Shown: positions 1-8,384 of the stretch, one piece after another
Layout: every line of letters starts with the position of its first letter
Position numbering within the stretch: the stretch's first letter is position 1
Assembly: GCA_963631395.1 (NCBI GenBank)
Contig: CAVGQN010000001.1
Location: forward strand, 1,368 to 65,367
From: a bacterium
GTDB lineage: Bacteria > Bacteroidota > Bacteroidia > Bacteroidales > UBA3663
Reading direction: 5' to 3'
DNA length: 64,000 bases
The notes under the pieces: generated by a model
Told to the model about the DNA's origin: nothing
Seen by the model: only the letters and a program-made list of their open reading frames with translations
The model's database searches: none
Made by a program: the position numbers and the translations under genes

Positions 1-2308
1 TGTCGACAAGCGTGAGGCGGACGTGCGCCACATTCTGCTGGCTTCCACCGGCGGCAGAGAGTTCCTGGGGCAGAGTAACCAGCGACGGCCGGTCGCACTC
101 CATCTTGAGGTCTGCCACTTTGCCGCGGTTCACCAGGCTGTCGCGCAGGATGGGCTGTCCGTCCTTGTAGCCTACAGCCAGTACCTTGCCGTGACGTGCG
201 GGCAACTGTAGGGTGATGGTGTGGTCCAGATAGTCGGCTGTCACGCGTGGCTTGAGCGGCAACTGCGGGTTGCTCCACATGGGGAAGTAGAACTGCACGC
301 TGTCGCATGTTGTGTAGCAGCGGATTTGTACGGTGCGTCCGTCGCTGAACGGCAAGTCCCAAGTGTCGGCCATGATTGGATACTGCCAGTGGTCGGTGCC
401 GACAGCCTGGTCGAAGCAGTTGTCGCGGACCACGAGCTTCAGATAGGGTTCTTCGGGTTTCCAGGCCGGGTGATAATAGGCGGCTTGCGGCCGTTCCTCG
501 AGCGTCATGTCAAACGGACAGGAGCACCAGCCCTTGGCCGGCCATGGCGAAGACTCGCCGTGATAGTCCACGCCGGCCCAAAGGAACGAACCTGCCACGA
601 AGTCGTTGTCCTCTACAAAATACCAGGGGTTGCGTTCCACCCAGTCACGCACGATGTTCTCGCGCAGTCCGCTGTAGTAGACAAAGGCTTCGGTGACCAA
701 CAGTTTGCGGTTTGGGTGACGCTTGTGGTCTGCCACCATACGCGGTTCGAGGTAGTTGTAGCCGACCAGATCGGTGACTTCGCCGAACTTGTCCTGGAAT
801 CCCTGCTGGCAAGCTACCAGAGTGGGGCGTGTCGGGTCGAGCCTGTGCACGAGATCATTGAACATCCTGGCGCGCTCCACGCCCACTTCGTCCTCGTTCC
901 AGGCTTCCTGCACTTCGTTGCCGATGCTCCAGATGATGATGGAGGGGTGGTTGCGGTGAGAGATGACCATGTCGGTGATGTCCTGCACGGCATTGTCGTC
1001 GAAGAAGGGTGCATAGAAACCGGATTTCCATTTGTCGAAGGCTTCGTCAAGGACAAGCAGTCCCAGGGTGTCGCAGATGTTCAGGAACTCTTCAGAAGCC
1101 GGATTGTGTGACGAACGGATGGCATTGCAGCCGAAGTTCTTCAGAGTCTGCAGGCGACGCTCCATGACGCGGTCGGGTACGGCTACGCCCAGTGTGCCGA
1201 CATCCTGGTGCAGGCACATGCCCTTCAGTTTCATGGGCTGGCCGTTGAGCGAGAAGCCCCGGTCGGCATCGAACGAGAAACTGCGCACGCCGAAGCGAGT
1301 GTCAGTCTGGTCGACGAGCCGGCCTCGCGCGTCGCGCACGCACGTGCGTAGTATATATAAGTAGGGGTCGTCGAGCGTCCAGAGTCGCGGGTTGTCCATC
1401 ACGGCACTTCCGCTGAACGTCTTGATGCGCACTTTGCCCTGTGCGTCTAGTACCTGGTGGGAAACTTTACAGCCCTCGCCGTTGGTGAGTTCGACTTCGG
1501 GGGCAATCGTCCACTGTCCGTCCTCGCAAGTCACTTTGGCATAGACGCCCCATGTCTTGATATGCTGGCGGCCAGTGACGTGCAGATAGGCGTGGCGGTA
1601 GATGCCAGCGCCCGTGTACCAGCGGGATTTCTCTTCCGTGTTCAGGTGAACGACGAGGCGGTTTTGTTCCTTGCGGTTCAGGTAGGGCGTCATATCCATT
1701 TCGAAGCCCGTGTATCCGTACATGTGGTAGCCCAGTTTGTGCCCGTTGAGCCATACCGTAGCCCGATGATAGGCGGCGCCGAAGTAGACGGCCACCTGGT
1801 CGTCGGATTTGATGCCGGAGGGAAGTGTGAAGTCCTTGGTGTAGATGCCCTGTCCGCCTGGCAGGTAACCGGCCGACCCGCCCTGTTTGGGGTCGATAGG
1901 CAAGGCGATGCTCCAGTCGTGGGGAAGCTGGACGTCAGCGAAGACTGCAGAGGCGTCTGTCCCCTTCCCGCCGTTTGCAGAACCGGTGGGAGCACCGACA
2001 CCCACAGCGGCTTCCGTCTGTGCGGTCTGTATCTCCGGTTCAGTTTCTCCTACGGTTGCTCTACCCTTGGGCGCGGGTGCGTCTGTGCCGAAGTGAGGCA
2101 TGTCGGTGATGCCCAACTGCTGGAGCACACTGACCACCTCCGTCGTATCCTGGCAGAGATGGAACTTCCAGCCATAGTCGAAGACGAGTTGCTGGCGCAG
2201 CGGTGTGGCGGCAGAAGTCTCGAAGCCTGGAAGGCAGAGGAGTAACAGCAAGAAGAGCGTGCGGCTCATCGCGTTGCGGGAGAACGTTGCTTTGCGTGTG
2301 GATGTCAT
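1..2308 (-). CDS. Glycoside hydrolase family 2 (beta-galactosidase-like); C-terminus lies beyond the window start
   Basis: Absent from the ORF track because no stop codon lies in the window. Hand translation of the minus strand from the ATG at 2308 (in-frame ATG also at 2269) gives MTSTRKATFSRNAMSRTLFLLLLLCLPGFETSAATPLRQQLVFDYGWKF... The frame stays open to position 1. It includes HRNHPSIIIWSIGNEVQEA around 905-960, the GH2 acid/base block WSIGNE. The + strand ORFs 221..1111 and 1457..2245 are antisense shadows. Confidence 0.85.
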   Translation of the reverse strand, partial: MTSTRKATFSRNAMSRTLFLLLLLCLPGFETSAATPLRQQLVFDYGWKFHLCQDTTEVVSVLQQLGITDMPHFGTDAPAPKGRATVGETEPEIQTAQTEAAVGVGAPTGSANGGKGTDASAVFADVQLPHDWSIALPIDPKQGGSAGYLPGGQGIYTKDFTLPSGIKSDDQVAVYFGAAYHRATVWLNGHKLGYHMYGYTGFEMDMTPYLNRKEQNRLVVHLNTEEKSRWYTGAGIYRHAYLHVTGRQHIKTWGVYAKVTCEDGQWTIAPEVELTNGEGCKVSHQVLDAQGKVRIKTFSGSAVMDNPRLWTLDDPYLYILRTCVRDARGRLVDQTDTRFGVRSFSFDADRGFSLNGQPMKLKGMCLHQDVGTLGVAVPDRVMERRLQTLKNFGCNAIRSSHNPASEEFLNICDTLGLLVLDEAFDKWKSGFYAPFFDDNAVQDITDMVISHRNHPSIIIWSIGNEVQEAWNEDEVGVERARMFNDLVHRLDPTRPTLVACQQGFQDKFGEVTDLVGYNYLEPRMVADHKRHPNRKLLVTEAFVYYSGLRENIVRDWVERNPWYFVEDNDFVAGSFLWAGVDYHGESSPWPAKGWCSCPFDMTLEERPQAAYYHPAWKPEEPYLKLVVRDNCFDQAVGTDHWQYPIMADTWDLPFSDGRTVQIRCYTTCDSVQFYFPMWSNPQLPLKPRVTADYLDHTITLQLPARHGKVLAVGYKDGQPILRDSLVNRGKVADLKMECDRPSLVTLPQELSAAGGSQQNVAHVRLTLVD

Positions 2309-2310
2309 AT

Positions 2311-2369
2311 TGCGAATGTGTTTTATATGCTATTATAAATGCGAATGTTTATGCGAATGTCGTGAATGA
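2311..2369. repeat. Three exact copies of TGCGAATGT plus one degenerate copy, in the GH2 leader / divergent spacer
   Basis: TGCGAATGT occurs at 2311-2319, 2340-2348 and 2352-2360. A degenerate copy, cgtgaatga, lies at 2361-2369. The same 9-mer also occurs at 8098-8106 and 36345-36353, both in spacers. Confidence 0.7.
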
Positions 2370-2489
2370 ATTATATGTGCAAAATGTATTACGCGCGTGC
2401 GCTGTGTGCGTGTAGAGGACGCTGTCGTGTGCCGTATGGCCTTGTATCATCGTCTTGCCGGACGGGTATCCATTTTGCGATAACGGAGA

Positions 2490-2497
2490 CAAAGGTA
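2490..2497 (-). promoter_or_regulatory. Bacteroidota -7 box (TACCTTTG on minus strand) for the GH2 gene
   Basis: Plus-strand caaaggta is the reverse complement of TACCTTTG and matches TAnnTTTG. It lies about 180 nt upstream of the GH2 start. Confidence 0.4.
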
Positions 2498-2603
2498 AGC
2501 AGTTTATTTCAGAACGGAAACCTTTTCGGGCGGTTTCTCGTAACAATTATCGAAATCAAAAGGATATGTTTCATAAATGTAAGTATGTATATGGAATAAG
2601 ACC

Positions 2604-2611
2604 TACCTTTG
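2604..2611 (+). promoter_or_regulatory. -7 box TACCTTTG for the GH98-like gene
   Basis: Exact TAnnTTTG match 83 nt upstream of the ATG at 2694. Confidence 0.45.
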
Positions 2612-2693
2612 CGCCGTAAACCGAAAACGGAACCGGATTCGGAAAGACGAAGACAACAACAAATCAATAGCAATTCAATAACAACTCTGCACA

Positions 2694-5132
2694 ATGAAAG
2701 TCACGAAGGGTATAAAGCGAATCTTGCTTTCCGTCTGCTTGTCGGTATCGACGGCACCCGCTCTCTGTGCCATGCCGGCACATGAGGAGGGAGATGGGGT
2801 CGCAGCCATGCGCCGTCCGGTGGACAATGCGCACCCGATGTGGCTGGTGCACATCGACTGCTGGAACTATGCCGACCCGCAGAAGATTATCGACCTGATG
2901 CCTGAGGATGTGCGTCCGTGGTGTGTGTTCAACTTGTCTCTCTCCGCGAGCCACAGCACTACGACGGGCGAGTTTACCGTTTCGCCCAACGGCATCGAAC
3001 TTGTGCGCAGTTGGGGTCGCGTGTGCGCAGAGAATAGGGTATGGTTTACGGTGCAGCCTTCCAGCGGCGGCTACAATCACTTCCCTGACAACGGAGACTA
3101 CACGGAGTATGAGCGTTTCTATAAGGAGTTCCCTAATTTCATAGGCTTCAACTTCGCCGAGCAGTTTTGGGGCTACGAAGCCGAACTGGGCCCGTCGGCC
3201 AAGTCTGCATCGTTCAGCCAGCGCATGACGACCTTCGCCGGCTTGATGAAACTCGCCCATAAGTACGGCGGCTATCTGATTACCTCGTGGTGCGGTGTCT
3301 TTTGGGGCGCCTCGCTCAACCCGATATCCTATCAGCGCAACTATGCCGCTTTTGCCAACGAGTGCAAGGCCTGTCCGGAGCATTTCATCCTGTGCGAGAA
3401 GTACACCACAAGCTACGGGTATCTGGACATCGAGTCGACGTGCCTGGGCACTTGGCTTTCCGGTTTTGCCGGACACTACGGCCAGCGTTTTGACCAGTGC
3501 TGTTGGGATAGCCAGACCGACGGTTCGGAGTATCCGTATGCCGCAGGTTGTGCACCAATGCTGAGCCATCAGATGCTGACGGGCCAGGACGTGTTCGACG
3601 GTCCGGAGCTGATATGGAAACACTGCTTCAAGGAAGTGTCGCAGTCCAACACCACCGATGGCTTTACGCACCGCAACTGGGCCCGCTTCCTGCAGTTCGA
3701 CAACATTCCGCTCGATATCTACCGCAAGATAGTCGACGGCACGCTGCGGATTCTTTCCCGTAAGGAAGTCATCGACCGCACGAAGATCATCGTACTCAAC
3801 AACCTGACTGTCGGCAACGACCGCCAGAAGTACCTGTCGCATCCGACCCTCTTCCAGGGCCTCTATCAGATGGAGACCAGCAACTCTACAGACACGGCGT
3901 GGTTCGCCAACAAGAGCTGGACCAAGAGCACGGGCCGCTATCCGGCCATTCCGACCACCTATCAGCTGTACGACTCGCTGGCCAAGACCTTCCAGGTACA
4001 GGTCAAGCGTACGGCTTACGCGACACGCTGGTCATCGCTGACGGCCAAGCGCAACGAGTTCAACAAGCTCTTCCCCAAGCAGTATACGGGAACGGCCTTC
4101 GCCGACCATGTCGACAACGTGTGGTGCATCTACAACCCCTACATCAACAAGACGACTCTCGCCTATGCCGACATCCCGTTGCAGTACAATACAGCCACAT
4201 CGGTACGTTTGGTGCTCAATCAATATTCCACCGTCCAGATGCGCGAGGAGAGCGATGCATTGCATCTCTATCTGAACAACTATGAACCGACGCGCAGCAC
4301 GTCGCTGACCGACACCATTGCCATAAGCGGCGTAGCCTCGCAGGCCAGTCTCAGTTATTCTGATAGAGGTACATCGCAGTCGGCTTCGCAGGTCAAAGGT
4401 ACGTGGAATGCTGCCGACAGCAGCTATACGGTGGTCATCAGCCACAACGGTCCCCTCGACATAACCGTCAACTGCCAGGGCCGGAACACCGACCGCGCTG
4501 CGGTAGAGAGCCAGCCCGTTGCCTTGACCGCTCCGGCCGCACCGCCAGTCTATCTTGACACCCTGCAGACAGAGGCCGAGGTGATGGACTACAAGAATGT
4601 AGCCGCCTATATCTCCAACGGCGTCGGACGTGGCATCTCGGGCTATGTGGGCCAGGGTTACGTCAACTTCGGCAAGACAGCCGGCGCTTATCTGCGCGAC
4701 ACTATCGACGTGCCTGCACCCGGCAAGTACTATATGCTGGTGCGCTATATGGCCCCTGATTCGAAAGTCAACAACGTCTATGCCGGATACGGATTGTCGA
4801 AGAAGGCCCTTTCGCTCAAGCAGAGCAAGACTTGGTCTATTGCTCAAGTCACTTTCCCGTCACTCAAAGCAGGACGCCAGAGCTTCTCGATCCAGTCGCC
4901 CGGCGGAGCAACCAACAACCTCTATATAGACTGCATTATGTTGGTGCCCGATTCGTCGACTGTAGCGACCGGTCTGCCTGAGGTGCTCGATGAAATGCCT
5001 TCTGCAGAAGATGTGACCACCTATTTCGACCTTTCCGGTCGGGTTGTGACCAGTCCGAAGAAGGGCGAGATATACGTCAGACGTACGGTGTTAAACAATG
5101 GAAAATTTAAGATGTCGAAGGTGATTTTTTGA
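2694..5132 (+). CDS. Secreted glycoside hydrolase (tentatively GH98-like catalytic region) with a CBM6/35-like module and a T9SS C-terminal sorting domain
   Basis: 812-aa ORF with an N-terminal signal peptide. The N-terminal 400 aa or so (WLVHIDCWNYADPQKIIDLMPEDVRPWCVFNLSLS...FNFAEQFWGYE) resemble GH98 barrels as I recall them; this was not verified. The segment LQTEAEVMDYKN...GQGYVNFGK...GKYYMLVRYMAP...LYIDCIMLV has the CBM6/35 pattern. The C-terminus YFDLSGRVV...GEIYV...KVIF is a typical T9SS CTD. Confidence 0.6.
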   Translation: MKVTKGIKRILLSVCLSVSTAPALCAMPAHEEGDGVAAMRRPVDNAHPMWLVHIDCWNYADPQKIIDLMPEDVRPWCVFNLSLSASHSTTTGEFTVSPNGIELVRSWGRVCAENRVWFTVQPSSGGYNHFPDNGDYTEYERFYKEFPNFIGFNFAEQFWGYEAELGPSAKSASFSQRMTTFAGLMKLAHKYGGYLITSWCGVFWGASLNPISYQRNYAAFANECKACPEHFILCEKYTTSYGYLDIESTCLGTWLSGFAGHYGQRFDQCCWDSQTDGSEYPYAAGCAPMLSHQMLTGQDVFDGPELIWKHCFKEVSQSNTTDGFTHRNWARFLQFDNIPLDIYRKIVDGTLRILSRKEVIDRTKIIVLNNLTVGNDRQKYLSHPTLFQGLYQMETSNSTDTAWFANKSWTKSTGRYPAIPTTYQLYDSLAKTFQVQVKRTAYATRWSSLTAKRNEFNKLFPKQYTGTAFADHVDNVWCIYNPYINKTTLAYADIPLQYNTATSVRLVLNQYSTVQMREESDALHLYLNNYEPTRSTSLTDTIAISGVASQASLSYSDRGTSQSASQVKGTWNAADSSYTVVISHNGPLDITVNCQGRNTDRAAVESQPVALTAPAAPPVYLDTLQTEAEVMDYKNVAAYISNGVGRGISGYVGQGYVNFGKTAGAYLRDTIDVPAPGKYYMLVRYMAPDSKVNNVYAGYGLSKKALSLKQSKTWSIAQVTFPSLKAGRQSFSIQSPGGATNNLYIDCIMLVPDSSTVATGLPEVLDEMPSAEDVTTYFDLSGRVVTSPKKGEIYVRRTVLNNGKFKMSKVIF

Positions 5133-5150
5133 AAAATGAGTCATAGAAGT

Positions 5151-5172
5151 GCCTTTTTTGATACAAAAAGGC
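5151..5172 (+). terminator. Weak AT-rich hairpin after the GH98-like gene
   Basis: gccttttt / aaaaaggc forms an 8-bp stem with a 6-nt loop, 19 nt after the stop codon. Confidence 0.3.
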
Positions 5173-5224
5173 CGTTCTAGACATTCTTGTTACAGAAATT
5201 CTTGCGGGATTCGGTTTTTTGCCT

Positions 5225-5232
5225 TATCTTTG
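5225..5232 (+). promoter_or_regulatory. Orphan -7 box TATCTTTG with no ORF downstream
   Basis: Exact TAnnTTTG match. The next supported CDS (rnr) starts 620 nt downstream and has its own box at 5828. A hairpin plus T-run follows at 5378-5418. Confidence 0.35.
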
Positions 5233-5440
5233 CAAAACAAAATATGGTTCATTACCTTAAAGATAATATTGTTTAAGTTTATTTATTCGGTTAGTTGTTA
5301 CACCCTATTAAAAGTTAGTAATTAGTTAAGTTAATACGAAGATGGTGAAAGAAGTCTTTTTATAAAGACCGACCGGTGCCAGTTCCTTGCTAGAAAGGAG
5401 CTGGCATTGCCCGTTTTTAAGGGGTGCTACTAGGCGAAGC

Positions 5441-5655
5441 TAAAACTCCGTGTGGGCCAGTAAAACTCCGTATGGTGTCGGACGATGATTCGTATCGGCC
5501 AAGACAATTGATTGTTTGGGGCTATACAATTAATTGTTTAGGGCAAAACAATTAATTGTGTGGAGCAAAACAAAGCATTGTTTTGGGCCAGACAAAGCAT
5601 AGTTTTATGATGGACGAACCTTAGTTTTAGACCACGAAAAGCCTAGTTTTGTACT
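5441..5655. repeat. Array of about 10 degenerate tandem 20-22-bp units, several with palindromic cores
   Basis: The units, read directly, are: taaaactccgtgtgggccag / taaaactccgtatggtgtcg / gacgatgattcgtatcggcc / aagacaattgattgtttggggc / tatacaattaattgtttaggg / caaaacaattaattgtgtggag / caaaacaaagcattgttttggg / ccagacaaagcatagttttatgatgg / acgaaccttagttttagacc / acgaaaagcctagttttgtact. ACAATTAATTGT is a perfect palindrome. Confidence 0.8.
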
Positions 5656-5827
5656 TGCCTGACCTTATCTTTAGCCTAACCGACCTCTTATTTTTATACG
5701 AATCGGCTCCTGTTCAAAGAACGCGCTTTTGCCTCTGTATGGTCTGTTTGTTCGGGAAAAATATTAAAAAGCGGTTACAACTGTGCGGAATTTCGACAAG
5801 GAAATTGCTTTTGTCCGAAAAAGCGTT

Positions 5828-5835
5828 TATATTTG
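5828..5835 (+). promoter_or_regulatory. -7 box TATATTTG for rnr
   Basis: Exact TAnnTTTG match 20 nt upstream of the ATG at 5856. Confidence 0.5.
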
Positions 5836-5855
5836 CGGCATCAAACTTGAGAAAC

Positions 5856-8063
5856 ATGGCAAAATCTTCGTCGACAAAGCTGTTGGAACAAATCGTAGAT
5901 TGGTTCAATCGGCATCCCAACAATTCGTACAACTATCTTCAGATCTCGCAGGAACTCGGCATCTTCGGTCGAAGCAACCGCGCGGACGTGTATGACATCC
6001 TGCTCTTGCTCCAGGAACAGGGTCTGCTGAAGGAGGTCTCCTCCGGACGCTTCTCCTTGCGTCAGAATCAGATGAAAGGGGAGGAGCTCGAGGGCGTCTT
6101 TGACCGTCGTCACAACGGTATGCACCAGGTGACGGTGGAGGGCTACGAACTGCCTTTTACGGTCTATGACGGCGACGATATGCAGGCTTTGAGCGGCGAC
6201 CGCGTGCGTCTGCAGAAAGTGGCCGGCAAAAGGAATGCCCGCTACTCGCGCGGCGTGGCAGGTCCTCAGGCCCGAGTGGTCGAGGTGCTGGAGCGTGTGC
6301 CACACCGCTATGTGGGTGTCTTGCAGAAGAACAGCAAGTACGCCTTCGTCATCCCCGACAACCGCGCTTTGGACAAGGATATCTATGTCCCCAACGAACT
6401 GCTGGGCAAGGCCAAGGACGGCGACAAGGTCGTGGTGGACTTCCAGCGCTGGCCGGCATTTTCCAAGAATCCTATCGGCAAGGTCGTCGATGTGTTGGGT
6501 CGGAAGGGTGAGAACAATGCCGAGATGCATTCTATCCTGGCCGAATACGGACTGCCATACAAGTATCCGCAGAACGTGGTGAAAGCTGCCGACCGCATAG
6601 CCGACGGCTGCACGCCCGAGGAGATTGCCCGTCGTCTGGATTACCGTGACGTGACGACATTCACCATCGACCCGGCCGATGCCAAGGACTTTGACGATGC
6701 CCTCTCGCTGCGCAAGCTTGAGAACGGACATTGGGAAGCAGGCGTCCACATTGCCGATGTGACATACTATGTGCATCCGGAGTCTATCCTCGACAAGGAG
6801 GCTTATAGCCGTGCCACGTCGGTCTATCTCGTTGACCGGACCATACCGATGCTGCCTGAGCGCCTGTGCAACCAGCTGTGCTCGCTGCGTCAGGACGAAG
6901 ACAAACTGGCCTACAGCGTGCTGTTCGAGATGGATGATGACGCCAATATCCTCAAGCACCGGATTGTGCGCACGGCCATCCGGAGCAACCGGCGGTTTAC
7001 GTACGAGGAGGCCCAAAGCATCATCGAGACGGGCCAGGGCGACTATGCCGCCGAGATACTGCAGCTCGACCGACTGGCCAAGCAGTTGCGCGCCCGCCGC
7101 TTCGCCGAGGGTGCCATTGCTTTCGATAGGGCAGAGGTCAAGTTCGTGCTCGACGACAAGGGCGCGCCTACCGATGTCTATTTCAAGGTCTCCAAAGATG
7201 CCAACAAACTGGTCGAGGAGTTCATGCTCCTGGCCAACCGGACAGTGGCCGAAGCCATAGGCTGTACGGGAGAGGGAAATGCCAAGGCCAAAGGCAAGAG
7301 CAACCGGAAGGCCAAAACCTTCGTCTACCGTGTGCATGACCAACCGATGCCCGAGAAACTCGAGAACCTGGCCAGCATCGCCTCGCGCTTCGGACACAAG
7401 ATGCCGGCTACGGGCAGCAACAAGACCATCAGTCAGGGCATCAACCATCTGATGACGGAAATCCACGGCCGTCCTGAGGAGAATATGCTCTCCATGCTCG
7501 CCATCCGTTCGATGGCTAAAGCCGTCTATACGACCGAAAATATAGGCCACTACGGATTGTCGTTCAAGTACTATACGCACTTCACTTCGCCTATCCGCCG
7601 CTATCCCGACTGCATGGTGCACCGCCTGCTCAACCGTTACCTCAACGAGAACGGGCGCAGCGTGCCGCGCGAGCAGTTTGAGGAGTACTGCAAGCATTGC
7701 TCGGAGATGGAGCAGGTGGCAGCCTCGGCCGAACGTGCTTCCATCAAGTACAAGCAGGCCGAGTATTTGGGCGCCAGGATGGGACAGGAGTTTACGGGCA
7801 CCGTGAGCGGCGTTTCCGATTGGGGTATCTACGTCGAACTCGACGACAGCAAGTGCGAGGGACTGGTTCCCGTGCGCGACCTGAAGGACGACCACTATGT
7901 GTTTGACGAGAAGAACTTCTGCCTGATTGGCCGCCGCACGCACAAGCGCTACACGCTGGGTGACAGCCTCAAGGTTGTGGTGGCTGCAGTCAACATGGAA
8001 CGGCGTACAATTGATTTCGCGTTGGTCGAAGACACGATTCCGACCAAGAAGCGCAAATCGTGA
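5856..8063 (+). CDS. rnr: Ribonuclease R (RNB-family 3'-5' exoribonuclease with C-terminal S1 domain)
   Basis: The ORF is 5649..8063. I place the start at the internal ATG 5856 (MAKSSSTKLLEQIVDWF...), directly after the promoter box. The RNB region includes TIDPADAKDFDDALS, VHIADVTYYV and HYGLSFKYYTHFTSPIRRYPD. The S1 region includes FTGTVSGVSDWGIYVEL. Confidence 0.9.
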   Translation: MAKSSSTKLLEQIVDWFNRHPNNSYNYLQISQELGIFGRSNRADVYDILLLLQEQGLLKEVSSGRFSLRQNQMKGEELEGVFDRRHNGMHQVTVEGYELPFTVYDGDDMQALSGDRVRLQKVAGKRNARYSRGVAGPQARVVEVLERVPHRYVGVLQKNSKYAFVIPDNRALDKDIYVPNELLGKAKDGDKVVVDFQRWPAFSKNPIGKVVDVLGRKGENNAEMHSILAEYGLPYKYPQNVVKAADRIADGCTPEEIARRLDYRDVTTFTIDPADAKDFDDALSLRKLENGHWEAGVHIADVTYYVHPESILDKEAYSRATSVYLVDRTIPMLPERLCNQLCSLRQDEDKLAYSVLFEMDDDANILKHRIVRTAIRSNRRFTYEEAQSIIETGQGDYAAEILQLDRLAKQLRARRFAEGAIAFDRAEVKFVLDDKGAPTDVYFKVSKDANKLVEEFMLLANRTVAEAIGCTGEGNAKAKGKSNRKAKTFVYRVHDQPMPEKLENLASIASRFGHKMPATGSNKTISQGINHLMTEIHGRPEENMLSMLAIRSMAKAVYTTENIGHYGLSFKYYTHFTSPIRRYPDCMVHRLLNRYLNENGRSVPREQFEEYCKHCSEMEQVAASAERASIKYKQAEYLGARMGQEFTGTVSGVSDWGIYVELDDSKCEGLVPVRDLKDDHYVFDEKNFCLIGRRTHKRYTLGDSLKVVVAAVNMERRTIDFALVEDTIPTKKRKS

Positions 8064-8130
8064 TGTTACATATTTGATGTGTGTCGTACCATGATTTTGC
8101 GAATGTAACATTTTTGTCATGATTTTCCTC

Positions 8131-8165
8131 AAAAGGGCGAAAGGTGGACAATTTTCGCCTTTTTG
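8131..8165 (+). terminator. Intrinsic terminator-like hairpin after rnr
   Basis: In aaaagGGCGAAAggtggacaatTTTCGCCtttttgggg, a 7-bp stem is flanked by an A-tract and a T-run. A second inverted repeat, atgttacat (8063-8071) / atgtaacat (8103-8111), precedes it. Confidence 0.5.
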
Positions 8166-8251
8166 GGGAAAATCGTTCTAATTTGGGGTAAATATTGTCT
8201 TAGTGGAAATTTTTCAGAAGATTGTTAGTTGAAGATGTCAGGCGAAATGCC

Positions 8252-8259
8252 TATCTTTG
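8252..8259 (+). promoter_or_regulatory. -7 box TATCTTTG for the FAS1/SusCD operon
   Basis: Exact TAnnTTTG match 126 nt upstream of the ATG at 8385. The leader can form the stem gctttttcagc (8264-8274) / gctgaaagaagc (8311-8322). Confidence 0.45.
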
Positions 8260-8384
8260 CCACGCTTTTTCAGCCAGCCGCAATAGTTCAGTCAGTCTGC
8301 ACTGGTTGACGCTGAAAGAAGCCTTAATTCTGATTTCATATCACAACTTTGTCTTATTCCGCCAAAAACAAAATCAAATAATTC

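Noticed and set aside
5441-5655. Possible CRISPR array, considered for this tandem array and for the others at 60074-60182 and 52072-52155.
   Set aside because: The units are contiguous with no unique spacers. They are only 20-24 bp long, they degenerate progressively, and there are no cas genes in the window.
5649-5855. N-terminal extensions offered by the ORF track: rnr from 5649; the SusC genes from TTG 10885 and TTG 19699; the TPR gene from TTG 29384; the acyltransferase from TTG 31393; tlpA-like from 29282; GHL10 from 55798; and GH43-like from 58915.
   Set aside because: The extensions lack signal-peptide character. They overlap promoter boxes or the preceding gene, and they are followed by an in-frame ATG that gives a canonical signal peptide or lipobox. 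I therefore used the internal ATGs.
5841-8132. A 763-aa minus-strand ORF covering the whole of rnr. Similar long antisense ORFs occur at 54236..55762 (508 aa, opposite ABC-F), 16071..17489 (472 aa), 57594..58829 (411 aa), 2664..3842 (392 aa), 46100..47173, 38395..39450, 20575..21519 and 221..1111.
   Set aside because: Each lies exactly opposite a gene with clear family motifs. Their translations are low-complexity (V/L/G/H/R/A-rich) with no recognisable domains. An antisense frame stays open whenever the sense gene avoids the TTA, CTA and TCA codons, which this GC3-rich coding sequence does throughout. I treat them as shadow ORFs rather than overlapping genes. Ribosome profiling would be needed to argue otherwise.
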